Assembly (NCBI GenBank): GCA_030704615.1
Contig: CM060731.1
Span: 75,330,001 to 75,394,000, forward strand
Reading direction: 5' to 3'
Length of the DNA stretch: 64,000 bases
Source: Takakia lepidozioides
Lineage: Eukaryota > Plantae > Bryophyta
Below are positions 62,424 through 64,000 of this stretch, piece by piece (position 1 is the stretch's first letter; every line of letters begins with the position of its first letter). The notes beneath the pieces were generated by a model. That model was not told the DNA's origin, ran no database searches, and saw nothing but the letters and a program-made list of their open reading frames with translations. The translations under genes were made by a program, and so were the position numbers.

Positions 62424-63177
62424 AGTCACACAAATTAGTAGACTTGAAATTTAAAAATAGAGTTTCCAGAAACATAGACTCGGGTCCTTGGCGTGAACCA
62501 ACAAAGACCGTCAAAGTGCTGCCATAATAAGACCGGCAAGATTTAAAATTAAAAGCAGGTATTACATTTACGGCCTATCACGTGGAGCGTCCAAATGGTA
62601 CCACATCACACGTTCCTCCGTCGCCGAGGACGGACGATAAGTCATGGACGGGAGCGACGAGCCTTATGATCGCGCAGGGACGACGGACGGAGCCCGTCGG
62701 ACACCGACGGGCGTTGCGGGAAACTGCGCGCATTCAAAATCGCCGTCATAGTCGGTGTCCGTAGTCGGGCAGCCACTTAACTTTGGCATGTGCCAAAATT
62801 TATTGTGGGGGTGGGCAGGCCTGCCCACGACTCACATGGCCTTTACTCCCTCTACTCATGTATTTTTTGACTTTGATGTCCCTGTGGACCAGTTTGACAA
62901 GGAAAATTAAGAGAAAAATAATTATTGGAAATAGTTTCTAATATTAATGATGTTTATGGAGAATAAAGTAGGTTAGAGGCACCGCCACAGTTGCGCCAGG
63001 TGCGGGCCATACCTGATCCCTGGCTCGGGGAAGCCGCCCGTGCGAAGTTAACTAGACGGATTTGGGGAAGACTGTGGTGTGTTTAAGTAGTCCGTGTACT
63101 CGTCTGTGGTTTCTTGCCTTCGGAGCGCTCGGTCTTCTTCTCCTGGTCTTGTTGTGCTTCAGGTGGTTGCGTGCGAG

Positions 63178-63364
63178 ATGGGTTACTATACTGTGGAGAA
63201 TGCATCGACGATGGTGGCGCTGGTGGTGTTAGTGCTGCTTTCTGGAGCTGCAGTCGGTGAGGCCAAGAGCTTGGTTGTGGGAGGAACTGCAAAGTGGAAT
63301 TTTGGCATCAACTATACCGACTGGGCACACACATCAGCTCCCTTCCACGTCGGTGACAGTTTGG
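63178..63364 (+). CDS. Phytocyanin (plastocyanin-like domain) protein, exon 1; the gene continues beyond the window
   Basis: Signal peptide then VVGGTAKWNFGINYTDWA...FHVGDSL, with a GT donor at the typical phase-1 position. Confidence 0.85.
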
Positions 63365-64000
63365 GTATGGTTTCCTTTCTGTTCCTAAGGCTTGTGGGGG
63401 TGGGGAAGAGTCTGGTCTCGTCCCTTTCGACAGGTGTTTCTCATTCTCGTCACATTGAGAAAGAGATTTTGTTGTAGCAGGGGATGGTCTCACCGATGAC
63501 CCAAGATTGACCTGTACTTTTTGAGACAGGCTTCTTGGCAATGTCAGCTTCCGTCTTGGAACGAATCCGTTCAGCTAGTTAGCAGATTATCCTCTCCAAA
63601 GGGGAGTTCAAACTTCATGTTAGAATGTACTCTGCCAGGTTGGAGCCGTGGAGCGACTAACTTTTCAAACTCTGGATGGATCGTTCTAATCGAACGAAGA
63701 TAGACAGGCCGAGCCTATTCTACTATAAATCTGCCAAACGCCGGGCATGTGACCAGATTAGTATTGAATCGTCTCTGTTTTTGCCTCATTCGCATACCTT
63801 CGAATTAGAACTGTAAGTCTTTCAGAAAGAGCAGTGAAGGCCTTAAGCAACATTTTAGGTTGGATCCAAGCTTAGTCAATATGTGCCAAATTGGGCTCTA
63901 CAGTGTAACTGTAGAATATGCATATATCAACGGCGAATTTGTGGTCGTCGCAGAAAGCATGTCCTGGGAAGAGTAGAACTTTCCTGTTATGTCTCATTTT

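Overview
Eukaryotic, intron-rich plant DNA. The gene and TE content suggests a non-seed land plant such as a bryophyte or lycophyte, but this is an inference. Host genes: two tandem 13-exon GH1 beta-glucosidases (27219-32981, 44903-50247), an intronless V-ATPase subunit G gene flanked by direct repeats (42013-42357), tRNA-Gly(GCC) (62353-62423) and the first exon of a phytocyanin (from 63178). The rest is largely nested transposons, many with readable TIRs and target-site duplications (TSDs). Main observations: (1) a piggyBac-like system, unusual for land plants, made of four related ~0.8-kb non-autonomous elements (three complete TTAA|CCC...GGG|TTAA, one truncated) plus a PGBD-type transposase relic; (2) a 12.5-kb Mutator-like element (~400-bp TIRs, 9-bp TSD) inside one of them, carrying a SWIM transposase resembling the plant At1g60560/At4g13970-type family, a large convergent Q/T-rich gene ending in a Ulp1-like protease, a possible third ORF, and dense CAGACT/CAGTCC motif arrays; (3) a recurring hairpin + AGUA/GAA-type RNA module in non-LTR retrotransposon tails; (4) two inversions inside Gypsy elements and a three-layer hAT>hAT>piggyBac nest. 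All family calls come from motif recognition by eye. No database searches were run.
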